Of a DNA stretch of 20,000 nucleotides, positions 1-11,220 are shown piece after piece; position 1 is the first letter of the stretch, and the number at the start of each line of letters is the position of its first letter. The notes beneath the pieces were generated by a model, which was not told where the DNA came from, did no database searches, and saw nothing but the letters and a program-made list of their open reading frames with translations. This DNA is from Sarea resinae (taxonomy: Eukaryota): contig JAPEUD010000101.1 of the NCBI GenBank assembly GCA_026026165.1, forward strand, positions 48,699 to 68,698. Direction: 5' to 3'. A program made the translations under genes and the position numbers.

Positions 1-872
1 TGAGAATGGCCGGACCATACCGCCACTCGACGTAAACGATCTGAACGCGGAGAAGGGTCAAAGAGATCATCCACTTCACCCTCGAATACCTCGATTCTGC
101 CATCAAAATGATGAGCAAGAATAGTGAAGCAGTCTTTCGGTCCATCCCCGCAAAAGCTATAGAATTTTGCAAAGCCTGCGGTAGGATCACCGAGCATGAA
201 TTGGAACGGCATGCCATCAGTGTGCGCCACATTGAAAACGTTCATCACGTCTTGTGCTTTGGCACTGTTACCCTCCAGACCCCAAGCAGACATGTGCCCA
301 CTCTCATCAAGCACCACACAGACTTCTGGAGTCGTGTTCGCTATTTCAATCAAATGATGCAAGCCGTGATGCTCCTCGTTGCTTTCTGGCTGGCGCTGCA
401 CGGCTTTACCTGCAGCCTGGGCGAAATCTCGGCTATCGATTATGAAAGCATATCGGGTATGTGATTGCACACTAGATTGAGAAAGTCGTGGCTTGATGGC
501 TTCTTCCATATCTATCTCAGCACATAGCTGAAGGAATTGGAGCCCGTGAGGGTCTGTTGACGCCCATATTCTGAGCTTATTGTCGGCGCAATTGGTGTAG
601 AGAATGTTTTCGACGATCTGTGCGGGATCGAATGGACGTCGCCAATGCATACCCGTGACACTGGCTGGGTGAGCCAGGTATGTGAAGTCGAATCTTACAT
701 CGTCAGGACTCAACGACTGTCTTCTCCATATTTTCATGAGCCGATCATAGCTTCCCGTCGATGCAATCAAGCTGCTGTCGTAAGAAAATTGTGCGTATCT
801 TGGGGGGTTCGCAAGCTTCCGGCTCCAGAGTACACTTGGAGTGTCAACGATGGAGTAAAGAATCAAAGATGA
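1..872 (+). pseudogene. Probable degenerate coding remnant of unknown family, 5' end outside the window
   Basis: ORFs 108..464 and 645..872 share a frame. That frame reads as protein-like text across three stops (TGA 462-464, TAG 525-527, TGA 558-560): ...ISGM*LHTRLRKSWLDGFFHIYLST*LKELEPVRVC*RPYSELIVGAIGVENVFDDLCGIEW... An apparent +1 shift near 55-58 would join ENGRTIPPLDVNDLNAEK to VKEIIHFTLEYLDSAIK. No family recognised. Confidence 0.3.
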
Positions 873-2188
873 GCTTCCCACCAGCAGCTCCTCTGACGAG
901 CCCCAAGACAACGTCGTGATAGTTCCTTCATCTTCATCAAGTTCCAATGAGCACCTCAGCGACCACTATGTTTGGTAGTCAGTCATCAGCCGCTTGCAAA
1001 CCGAGCATTATAGGATGAAACCTTCAAGGCCCCCTCATTTCTTCCGTAAGGCTGATAGACATAGATCTTCCGGCCGGCACATGTTGCTATCCTTGCTGAA
1101 GCCTCATCAAAGATCACAGCTTCGAGCTCTTCGTCTTCGTCATGATAGACGGTCTGCAGAATATGGTCGATGCCGCCTAAAACAACCAGGGCGTTGCCGG
1201 AAATGTATGCCTATTCGCAAGAGACACCATCAGGTCAGAAAAGTCAGGTCTAGTGTAAAAATGAGCACGTACGATCAAGCGCTTCCCCTCCCATTGTCCA
1301 GTGCAAAGAGCTTGAATACGGGCCTGGGGATTTCCGGGTTGCACGGCCCGCATGGAGAGAGCTCGAAGGAAACGATCCTAGTCCACGGCTTCAGAACATT
1401 TGCCTCCAGCTCGCAAGCATGCGACGGATATATTGCCCGTGTGCGCGACAGGCCAAGTTGTGGTGTTCGATCAGGATACGGCTCGCAACGGAACGATGCA
1501 GCATTCAAGGCGAATTCGACGGTAAGGTGTATCTAAATGGCATATGATCATTGATCACGGTCCGCGGAATTAAGCTACAAGCGAATTAGAGGTAGCGGGA
1601 CCGGACTCGTCGACGTCAACACAACTCGAGAGCCACGAGTCGAGTACCAGGCACGAAGTACTTTCGTGCCATGCTATGGTATTCGTACTCCGGAGTAGGG
1701 GAAAGGCAAAGCGAAGTCAACGCCATGTGCAGTTGGTGGTCCACGCTCTCAGCTCTCAAACGGATCACGAAGGCAACAATGCAAGACTACTAGTAAGGTG
1801 GATAACATCCAGTCTACTCGAATCGTGTAGGGATAGAGAGTATATTGGGCCATGAGCATCAATACAAAGGTAGGTGGGTATATAATATACATCGTATCCA
1901 ACGATTCTGCCAAACGCCCAGATGTCTTTTCGCGGTGCCTCAAGGGGCCCAGGAGATGCCAACTGAGACCATGTGCGAAATCCGACCAAGCTTCTTCCAA
2001 AGAACTCCCCGAACGACCCAATCTCTCTACGGAACTCGAAGCCGCGAATCCAATCCTAACGCCAAGGCTGATTTTTGGGGCCAAACCTTTCTAAACGCCA
2101 ATACATCCAGTGAATCCATCCATTTATTCACCCATCCCTCCAAACAATGAATACCAAGTCAGATAGGCATCGACATTCTCGAGCCTCT

Positions 2189-5100
2189 TTAGCTACGAGA
2201 GCGCGAGGGGCTTTCTTGTCTCTCCCCGAAACCATCGAACAAGTTTCGGCGCTGACGCGTATCGCCCAGGCGTCTCCTGCTTGATTCTCCCCCCAAAGAG
2301 CTTACAAGGGCCAAGGTTCTTGCCGATCGCTTCGAAGGCGTACTCATATAACCTGGCATTGGAGTCATGCTCGCCTGTGCTTCCCATTCAGGCACAAACT
2401 CCTCAAGGTCGAGAGTCTCCTCAAATGCCGCCCAAGTTTCGGCACGCCTTGCCTGAATTGCCCCTGGAGTGTCCACCTCTTCAATTCGACGCGTCGAACC
2501 CTGAAATAGCCGCGCATACTTTTGTCGTTTTCTTTCCGCGGCCTTTCCCGCCCAATATCTTAGAATGTTTCGAAAGTGCTTCTTTTGATTTCGTTCTTTA
2601 AGAAAGCCCGCGGTCTCCTGCCGCCTCCGGATCTCAAAGACCCTAAGACTAAGCTTGCGGAGCGTTACCGCAGCGAAATCTGAGACGTGCATTTCGCAAT
2701 AAATGTCGGCCTTTTGCTCCATCCTCCTCTTTTCCAGTAATCGGCTCGACCAAAATTTTAGCTGGTTATGTGCAAGGGTCTTGTCATATTTTTGTTTCGC
2801 CTCAACGGCTCCACCGGTTTGTTTCCTGCTCAGGTGCGTCCAGTATGCAAATATACCTTCACGCAGCTTGAGCAGATGCTCCTGGTAGAAGCCTGCTGCT
2901 TGATTCTGCATTTCTGTTTCACTAGCAGTGCGCTGTCGCCAAGCGCCCAAAATTTTAGCTGCCAGATTCACCTTGACCTTGCGTCGGATCAATGCATATG
3001 CATCTCGACGTTTCTGACGCTTCGAATCCACTTCTGCGCTTCTCCAACGTTTGATCGATTTGGTTGTAAGAAAATAGAACTCCGAATCTTTGGCCCATCG
3101 CTCAAGGTGCATCAGATGCTGAAGACGGTTGTAACAGTGCTGGATGATGACCCGCACGACACGGGAAGCATAAAACTCAAAAGCGATTTTCTCTTTCTCC
3201 TGTTGCGCTTCCCTTCGCTGACGCCATAGAGCGAAGGTAACGCGTAGAATGCGTGTATTTCGCCTTCCCTGAAGGTGGTGTTGGCGATGCGAGAGTTTCT
3301 CTCCTGTGGATCTTACTCCGTCTATCATACGACGGAATACCTTTTCCTTGATTCGCTGATCGAATAGCCTTTTGAGTATATTGCTTCTCTGGATAAGCAC
3401 AAGCTTATTCAATACCTGGAGGGCGATGCGATCATCTATTCTCGTAATGATAGACCGTGCGCGAAGATGATCATTCCAGTCGGTCCAAGATTTTCGCAAT
3501 AACCGGAGAAAATTGATGCTGGCGGCTTGCCTTTCCATTCCTGTATGGGTGATCCAAACGTTGAAGTACGATCTTACTCTTCGTTCGTTGACCTTGCGGG
3601 TTATCTGTGCTGCAAGAGGTTCGAGATGGGCCATCTTATTCCAGTCACCACTCAATCTCTTCATCAACTGTTTGCGCCGGAACTCTTCCGCTTTTTGCTC
3701 CATGCTTTGACGCTCTACAGTAAGATTCCTCCATTTGTTGAGAACATCCTTCTTAACATGCTGTTCACGAACGACTTCCACCCATTCTTCGGTCATGCGC
3801 TGTTCTCTCAAAGCTCCCATCCACTTTTGGAAGAACTTAGGCTTTGCTCTGGCCGCCCACCATTCAGGGGCTCGACTTTCACAAAACCTCCAAAACCACT
3901 CCCAGTATGTTTTTTTGATGGTTTGTTGTTCATAATGATCTATGGCCCGAACACTATTGGCGACTACATCAGCAGTCTTGCTTCTCCAGACATTGAAGAA
4001 TTTTGACAAGCCTTGTCGACGGACTTTTAATTCGTTGACTGCCGTAATGTCACGCCAGGCATTGAAGTACCTAGTCCTAAGTATGTGTCGCCGCGCGATA
4101 GAAGTTCGTTGCACTTCGACTGAAGCGCATTGTGCCCAGTGTGTGAACGCTTTCGTAGCTAGAAACAAATCTCTAGCTCTGCCAGCGCGTTGCTCCAATT
4201 TTTGGAAAAAGCGCTCAGTCTCGTCCCTTTCACGCTTTTCATGGAGGGTAGCACGCCAATTGCTGAATCCTGCACGGAGCAGTGTGAAACGATCATGGGC
4301 GATAGCCAGATCTTCCATCCATTGATGATCTTCTAGTGCCTGAAGAGCTGCGGCTCGCCATTTATGAAACAAAGTTCGAACAACCCCACTCATCATGCGA
4401 CGGAAGTAGAAGGTGCTTGATTCTACAATCATCTGTGCCTTTGAAGGGTGCTGTAGGGGAGGTTTGGAATTGCGTGAGCTTTCAGCTTGCAATGTTGACG
4501 TTGCTGATCGATTCTCAGTATCGGATGGGGTTGGTATATCTGCCTTTGGAGGAATATTTCTTTTGCCTTGATGGCTTTCAGATCTATCTGATGAATCTTC
4601 ATACTGCGGAAGTCGATGATTCGAGCCACCTGAGAACGAGCGGTTACTAGTTCGAGATCGTTGTACATTACGCGCAGATTCACGGAATGATACGCCCATA
4701 CCCGATACACCCCAAGGCTGTGTCCTTTCGGGTGTCCATGAGGCGGCTCTGCTCGAACGGCGCACTTCGGAGACTGGCGATAAAGATAAAGCTCGCCGGG
4801 TGCTCTTCTGCGTCGTGTCTCCATCAATGTTATAGACGGTGTCAACTGAAGCTGCCCTGGGCCTTGTGCGTGGACCGTCGCAAGAATTGTTGCCGGTTGT
4901 CACATCTGCGTCATTGAAATCGCTCCCAGGATATCCAATCTCTCTGGTGACCTCACGCGACCCATCCTCGTCGATCTCCAGTACGATCCCCACTTGCTCC
5001 AGCAGTGCCTCAAACTTCTGGTACAGTGTATCTCCGGGAATTCGAGCATCGCCCATCCGGAACAGAAAGCGAAAATACACCTGATCATGATCAGGATCTA

Positions 5101-5355
5101 TTCCAATCTGTGCAAGCACTTGGTCATAAGCCGCGAAAAGGGCGCGAAAAGGTAAACGCTCGGCATCAGGAAAATCTTGCGCTGCTATAACAATTCGATG
5201 GAGGATTTCAACATCTGATCCAAGCCATTAGCATATTCAACGTGACAACAGTGTGTAAATCATTGACAAAGCTTCTCACCTGCATCTGTAAGGGCATCGA
5301 GCTCATCTGTGACAGAACTCTCTTGCTCTGATGGAGGGGAAAAGTCGAAAGCCAT
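2189..5355 (-). CDS. SFI1: Spindle pole body half-bridge protein Sfi1 (centrin/Cdc31-binding repeats), 1033 aa
   Basis: Exons 5355-5280 and 5214-2189; intron 5279-5215 (GTGAGA...GCTAAT...CAG). Spliced N-terminus is MAFDFSPPSEQESSVTDELDALTDADVEILHRIVIAAQDFPDAERLPFRALFAAYDQVLAQIGIDPDHDQVYFRFLF, with an in-frame TAG upstream of the ATG. Many helical F/L-x-x-W Sfi1 repeats (FHKWR, FSNWR, FTHWA, FNAWR, FNVWR, FQKWM, LNKWR, FALWR, IKRWR, FAYWT, LRYWA). C-terminal TPMPGYMSTPSKR motif. Confidence 0.9.
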
Positions 5356-5995
5356 CGACGCTTCTTCGACCTAGTCCTTGTGATGAGAGGCATCAGAGCG
5401 GCATGAGTCGGGATGTGTACGTGAGAAGGTAGTCAATGATCTGCGATCGCAGGAAGGCCGGAGGAGCAAGCATGCGGCGCAACAGAAGACGCGACAGGGT
5501 GTGCAAAGAGCCGGACAATCATCAAGGGAAAGTTGCGACAATAGAAAGCATGCGCTCGGAGCAATTATCGCTCGTGGCAATCTTTCATACGTAGGACTTT
5601 AGCTCTTTGCGACGGGCGAGGCCTCAAAGGAAGAAAGAATGAATCAGGTCAACAGACAAGAAAGTAAATAAGTGCAAAGCTTAAGTATGCGCGCGCGTGT
5701 CGGACGTTGATGGAAGTAGGTAGGTGCTCCGTACCTCGTACATCCTTACTTCGTATTGATGGATTCGTCTTTGTTTCACGCTCCGATACTAGAGTGTCGC
5801 ATTGATGAAACCTAGAGCTCTTCCGAGTACTGCAGTACCTCGTACTGCGGTACACTCCAGCTCCTCGACATCATCATCTTTATCATCACAGTATCCAGAT
5901 TACATACTATACCTTCCAGCTTCTCGTCTATCACAGCCATATCATAGATCACGGAAGTTCAATTCCTTTCGTCCCTCCCCGGAGAGATTATCAAA
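5356..5995. promoter_or_regulatory. Divergent intergenic/promoter region shared by SFI1 and the twin-CX9C gene
   Basis: 640 bp between head-to-head ATGs (5355 on -, 5996 on +). Contains GTAAATA at 5664-5670, a GCGCGCGCGT run at 5689-5698 and the palindrome GTACTGCAGTAC at 5827-5838. Confidence 0.6.
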
Positions 5996-6319
5996 ATGCC
6001 ACAAAAGACGAGGCCAATCGAGACATTTGCGAAAACAGTTGCCAAGTGTACCAGCGAGGTATTCGAGCATTCTTCCTACCCATCCATTATGCGTCGATAA
6101 TATCATCAAGCAATCCTAACTATTCACCTCGCAATGGGTGCAGGCTACGATGTATGGGAAGTGTATCATGGTCGACTACAACCATGTTTACAAGGACAGG
6201 TGCTTGACCGAATTCCTGAAACTCAAGAATTGTTGTATCGTGAGTATATCCTGCTTCATGAAGCGTCTTTGACGCGGCAGGCTCACACCTTACGATAGGC
6301 CGCGGCCAAGAAGCCATGA
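5996..6319 (+). CDS. Small twin-CX9C mitochondrial intermembrane-space protein, NDUFAF8 (C17orf89)-like complex I assembly factor, 59 aa
   Basis: Exons 5996-6058, 6144-6239, 6299-6319. Introns 6059-6143 (GTATTC...CTAAC...CAG) and 6240-6298 (GTGAGT...GCTCAC...TAG), both phase 0. Product MPQKTRPIETFAKTVAKCTSEATMYGKCIMVDYNHVYKDRCLTEFLKLKNCCIAAAKKP has two exact CX9C motifs. Good start context (TCAAAATG). The family name is my recognition of the pattern, not a search result. Confidence 0.85.
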
Positions 6320-6700
6320 GCATCGGTTGAAATAATGGGTTGCCAAGCACATCAACAGACCCATCTTCATCCATTTCGTTATCTGGCAAGTGGAACGATG
6401 GCGATCACTTCGAGAGGCAGGCTCTTACCTGATAATTTCTCCGGAATGAGTCATGGCCGCTCTTGAGTGAATAGCGAGACAGGTAGCTTCGCTGTTTCAT
6501 GGGAGCAAGAGGCGCCAGATCCTTTATTGCCCCTAGATCAAGGGCAATCAAAGGACGAAAGGGTCTGGGGAAAGGAATCTGGACTTATCCAGGAAGGCTG
6601 TCGCGGGATGTCTAGGTCATCGTAGTCTTCGGTGAGGGAAAGAAACAGTCCGCTAAAGGGGATTACCCTTGCGTTCTAATTTGGTCACTTAGACCAATAT

Positions 6701-6742
6701 CTACCTCAGGTGCCTACCTACCTTACCTACTAGGCCAGGTAG
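6701..6742. repeat. Imperfect (TACC)n microsatellite-like tract
   Basis: ctacctcaggtgcctacctaccttacctactaggccaggtag, between the convergent 3' ends of the CX9C gene and USO1. Confidence 0.5.
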
Positions 6743-7006
6743 ATTACCAGCATGATCAGATAAGTGTCTTAAGACTCCAGAATTTCAAAAATCGCGTCAT
6801 GTCTCTTTACGACTTAGGCTAGTTCTTGTATGAACGCAATTACAGCCATGGATTTTATGCATGACACCATGATGCTTTGCCATGAGAAAGGCGTAATTAC
6901 ACAACGAGACTAGCTTTAGATCGACTCACAGACTAGCATAGCCAGCTAAGGTAGAGAGCCATCTATGCCAGAAGTGTCCGAAAAGGTAAGAGGTGCTATA
7001 GGAGCC

Positions 7007-10000
7007 TCAGTCCACGCCATCCTCTGAACGACTTCCGTTCTCGCCACTGTCGCCCTCCTCATCCTCACTTTCCTCTTCTTCATCAGACAGTTGCTCGCCT
7101 AAAGCTTTCAATCGTTTCTATTATATATTAGCCAGTCTACATGGACCAGGAAACGCAATAGGCAAACCTTGTCTCTAGATCTCTTCTCCTCCAAATCTCC
7201 CAGTATCATTAGTAGGTCATCAAGCTCTGTTTGGGCTGAGCTTCGTGCTTCCTCCTTCTCGCTCGCTTCTTTTTTGGCCTCCCTGAGCTTAGATTCAATG
7301 GCTTTGCGTTTGTCTTCCGCTCGATCCGCTCGGCCTTCGGCGTCATCCGCTCTATCTTCGGCGCGTTTCAGGCGGGATTCAAGTGCAGAAACCTTACTTG
7401 CGTATTCTTCGTGGGCGGTCTGTAAGTCCTGAACATGGTCCTTCTTGACTTTCTCGCACTCCGCCTCTAGACTCTGTACAGAAGCTTTGAGCTCAGCAAC
7501 CTCAGCATTATTCCTCTCTCGGACTTTCGCTGCAGCATCGTCGGCCAGTTGCCGTGTTCGCTGAAGCTGGACTTCTAGGTCTTGCACAGTAGCCCTATGC
7601 TTTTTTTGGAGCTCTTCGAGGGCTGCAAGATTGAGGGCATGAATGTTCTTCACGTCCGCTTCATGATGCTTTTGTAAGCTGTCGTTTATGCCTTTGACCC
7701 TATTGTACTCCATCACTGAGGTTTCTTTAGTCCGTCGATGGTCAGCCTGCTCCTGGCTGAGTCGATGTTCGAGCGTCAACAGATCGGATTCCGCTCTTTG
7801 CAGAGCTTGAACTTTGTCATCGAGCTGCGTACGCAGAGAATCAACTAGTTCACGGGAGATGCCTTTTTGAATGCCATTGGCAATGACTGAGATCTCCAGA
7901 GTAGGATCTCTATCAATCGCTCTGATCAGCCGACTGAAAGTATCCTTGAGAAAATCGACGAAGGTCTTGTCAAAATAGACGTCCGGGAGACGTCCAGATT
8001 GGTCCAGGTCGAGAGCCTGAGGTAATACCTCAAAATCCCGTAGAATGGGATGCTCCCTCAATTTGGTGATCTTGTCGATATATTGCTCCCTGCCGAGGCG
8101 AGAAGTGAGGATGGGATGGAGGGTCGCCCTAGGGATGGGAGAGTCTTTGGTAGAGAATTCGTAGATTATTCCCAAAAGAACAGCACATAGTCCTTGAGCC
8201 AAAGGCCTTTCAACATTGCTATTCGCGATTGCTTGAATGAGGCTCTGAATACTACTTCCTTCCAAAAGAAAGTCATTCACGGCATCTGGATCTTCAAAGA
8301 GCCAACTACAAAGAAGCATTAAGTATCCAACTGATACTCTTTCGTCCTCCCCTCTTTGTAGTCCAGCAATCAGATTAGCTGCAATAGCCTGAATGCATGT
8401 GACAACCTCTTCTCCACTCGAGGCATCACCTTCGCTAACACTCATCGCCAAGGTCTTGGCTTCAGAGTCCTCGTAAATCAAATGTAAGACGAGGACAGAA
8501 GCAAGCCAAGAGCGATAAGGATCACTAAGTCGCGCAGCCTCTGGCTCCCTGATGAGTGCAGAAAGTACATTTGTAGTTCCGTCTTCTCCTTCATTGTATC
8601 CATCAATTGCCCTGCGAAGAAAATGTAGCCGGATCGGCGTATGGTTGAAGAAGTAGGCTTTGATGCATTCACAGGCAGCCAGCCGGGCGTCAAAGGCCCG
8701 ATTAGGTGAAGTCGCAAGAGCCAAGTCAAGAAGAGCCTCGATCACATACACTTTGGGGACGCCATTCTGCTGACCAGAAATTTCAGGTGATGAGACTTGT
8801 GACGCTGTGGCAGGCACTACCTGCAACTGTGCGAAACTCTCTTGTAGATGCGCATTGCCCCTGATGAGGTCAGCACACGTCGTAAGTGCCTGTCCCTCAT
8901 ATGTCAATCAGCTCTAATATTTTGACTAGCAACAAGAGTAGAATTCTCAAATACCTCAGCCTTTACTGTCATTTCTGTCGAAGGACTGAAAGCCAACTGC
9001 AACACTTCCTGCAATACTCCTGTTTGCCAAAAAGAGAACTGATTGGCTTGTGTCCCTATGCCGCCGGCAACCAAGAAAAGTCTGAGCAAAGCGAGCACTC
9101 CCCAGACGTTTTTGTCCCTTTGCGGTCTCATCCATTCGGCCACACCATCAATAGAATCTTGTTCTCGAATTGCGTCTCGAAGAAGGTTCGCCAATTTCGG
9201 TACACAGCCAGTTTCACGAAAGAAGGACTGATTAGACACGTTTACACGCAGCAGATTGGCGAGCAGAGACAAGCAGTCTTGGACAATGATGCCACCATGA
9301 GTTAAAGAGCCCTCGGAGATAATCAGCGCGAATATCCTATCAAAGGCGTTCTCAAATGCGACCAGCTTTTGTAATTCGGTGGAGGACGGAGTAAGTGCAG
9401 TAAGGAGAAGTAGACCCTCTAGACTTGCATTAGAAACAAAATTTCATAGTGAAGAAGTAGAAGTCAAATAAAGCTTTCAAGCATGTCAACTTACCATTGC
9501 GAATTGCATCTCTTCTGTCGTCGAGTATGGCGACCAATCGTGCAATGCCCAATGGGGCAGTAAAGACACATTCTTGGGTCCTCTCTGGTCTTGCGGACAG
9601 GATTGCGGATATCAATTGGAGAGCATATAGTCGAGAGTAGAATTCAGTTGAGTCCAGTAGGTCAAGGAGAACCGTAATATTATCTTGTCGCTATTCTGGT
9701 ATTTGAGTAAAGCATACTTTGAACTCGTAGCGCTATCGGCCGTACCTGCGTAAACTCATCGGCCAGCCAAAGAGCAATGTCATCTGAAGCCTCCGGCTGT
9801 TTTTATTTTGGTGAAGTCAGTAAGCGCCCTCGTCTGCTCATACTGTGGAGATCATCCGTCCCCTGGTACCGTACATACACTCGACTCATCTGGACTGAAA
9901 AGCATCAGCAAAGTCTCCAAGACCACCTTGACCGTATCGACATCCTCAGCATCCTTCCTGAGGCTGCTTATGAGGCCCCGGAGAGCCCCTGAAGCAACGG

Positions 10001-10154
10001 ATGCAGGATACTCATGAGCGAAACTCCTTAGCCCGAGGATGGCCGCACGTCGATCCTCGAGCAGAGTTGCGTTGACCAATCGACTACTCAAGGTATTTAT
10101 GGTATCGGTCGCTGTCTGTTTGGCTGGTGCTTGAGCTTCCAGTATCCGAAACAT
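7007..10154 (-). CDS. USO1: ER-Golgi vesicle tether Uso1/p115 (armadillo head, coiled coil, acidic tail), 939 aa
   Basis: Exons 10154-9879, 9796-9746, 9690-9495, 9418-8955, 8889-7168, 7117-7007 (2820 nt, in frame); all five introns are GT-AG. Signature motifs TLLEDRRAAILGLRSF, IALWLADEFTQ, FYSRLYALQL, LDDRRDAIRNEGLLLL, LQKLVAFENAFDRIF. The coiled coil ends in ELDDLLMILGDLEEKRSRDKKRLKALGEQLSDEEEESEDEE. Confidence 0.95.
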
Positions 10155-11220
10155 GTTGAAGGAACTCCAGATTATTTATTCGTTCACTCATCTATGTAGC
10201 CGGGCACTCAAAATGATAAGTGCTCAACAGTTGATGGTGTGGCAGCTTGTGGGGCTATAACCTCATATTGACAGCTTCTATGACGGCGCGACGAACATTC
10301 GGGTAATTACGTCCGATGAGAACCTATACGGGATCAAGACGGGAAGAGGACGATGAGGCGGCAGCTGCAACTGAATTGTAGGAGGACGAAATAATAAATG
10401 GAATGGAAGTGGATCGTGGTGTTAGCTGAGGCCAAGTAGGTCGGCCAGGTAAAGGTACCTTACCTACCTACCTTAGCCAGCTCATTGTACGAAGTACCTA
10501 CTCGGAGTATCCGTACCTTATGCTTGTTCTTTGTAGACCTCCACTCGTTGACAGAAGGGCGCCGCTACAATGAGTCTACATTTATTCGTGGGCCTGGACC
10601 TCTAATTTTGAGAGTACTGCTCGGGTCACTCTCTTCATCTCAGCCGACCACTTGAGCGGAATCTGCCGTTTCGCGTCTTCCAGTCAATTGAATATTCCGA
10701 GACGATCATTGCAGTCGATAGCACGCTCTCTCATCCTGCTACCAATAACTTCGACGACCCCCTCACCACCCAGAAACTCACAAAGAAGGCACAAGAGAGG
10801 ATAGAAGGGTGAGAGGGAGTTTTAAGAATTGAAGAGTGGAGGATCGTGAGGTTCAAATGCGCGAGAGGGAAAGCAAGTCTCGCTCTGTCTCGGCCGGCAT
10901 CACGTCTTTGCTACCTTCACACTACTTCTTCGCCATTCAAGCACAATAAGCCAGTCGGCCACCGGTGTTCCTTTCCCATCAATACGATTCGAATCATCGT
11001 TCCTCTATCAAGATCCAATATTGGGGCCTATCGTCTTGCATCAGAACAAACTACGCTCTCACGTCCTTCACTCACAAGTCATTCATTCAGTCTTACGACC
11101 ATTTGCAATAGCGCACCTCCACTCGACCATCGAAATACCGTGTCAAGGTCCTTTCGTTTTTCCCATCCGCAACACTAGTCATTGTCTCAAGGTCCTAAAT
11201 AGGCCCATCATTCCGCCATC
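10155..11220. promoter_or_regulatory. Divergent USO1/RAT1 promoter and 5' leader region
   Basis: 1066 bp between head-to-head ATGs. Contains a (TACC)n tract at 10456-10472 overlapping the palindrome AAGGTACCTT (10452-10461) and a purine-rich stretch at ~10780-10845. Confidence 0.55.

Noticed and set aside
994..1536. 180-aa plus-strand ORF and the overlapping 77-aa minus-strand ORF
   Set aside because: The long ORF has a non-ATG start and Arg/Ser-rich non-globular composition. Neither has a recognisable motif or splice support.
1749..2150. Four overlapping short ORFs on both strands
   Set aside because: They lie just downstream of the SFI1 stop (likely 3' UTR or terminator), overlap each other and show no motifs.
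2193..5190. Many short ORFs antisense or out of frame within SFI1
   Set aside because: Shadow ORFs of a long coding exon.
5208..5393. 61-aa minus-strand ORF as SFI1 exon 1 (ATG 5393)
   Set aside because: It reaches the GTGAGA donor in phase 0 and would frameshift exon 2. ATG 5355 gives the required phase 1. It could at most act as an overlapping uORF.
5802..6389. ORFs 5802..6119 (+) and 6120..6389 (-)
   Set aside because: Better explained as alternative frames over the spliced twin-CX9C gene.
7108..10154. ORFs 7108..8907, 8904..9272, 9430..9615 and 9852..10154 as separate genes or an operon
   Set aside because: They are exons of one USO1 gene joined by canonical introns.
10846..11178. 110-aa ORF upstream of RAT1 as a regulatory uORF
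   Set aside because: The called start is GTG and the sequence is featureless. The TSS is unknown, so a uORF role for its internal ATG near 10857 cannot be supported.
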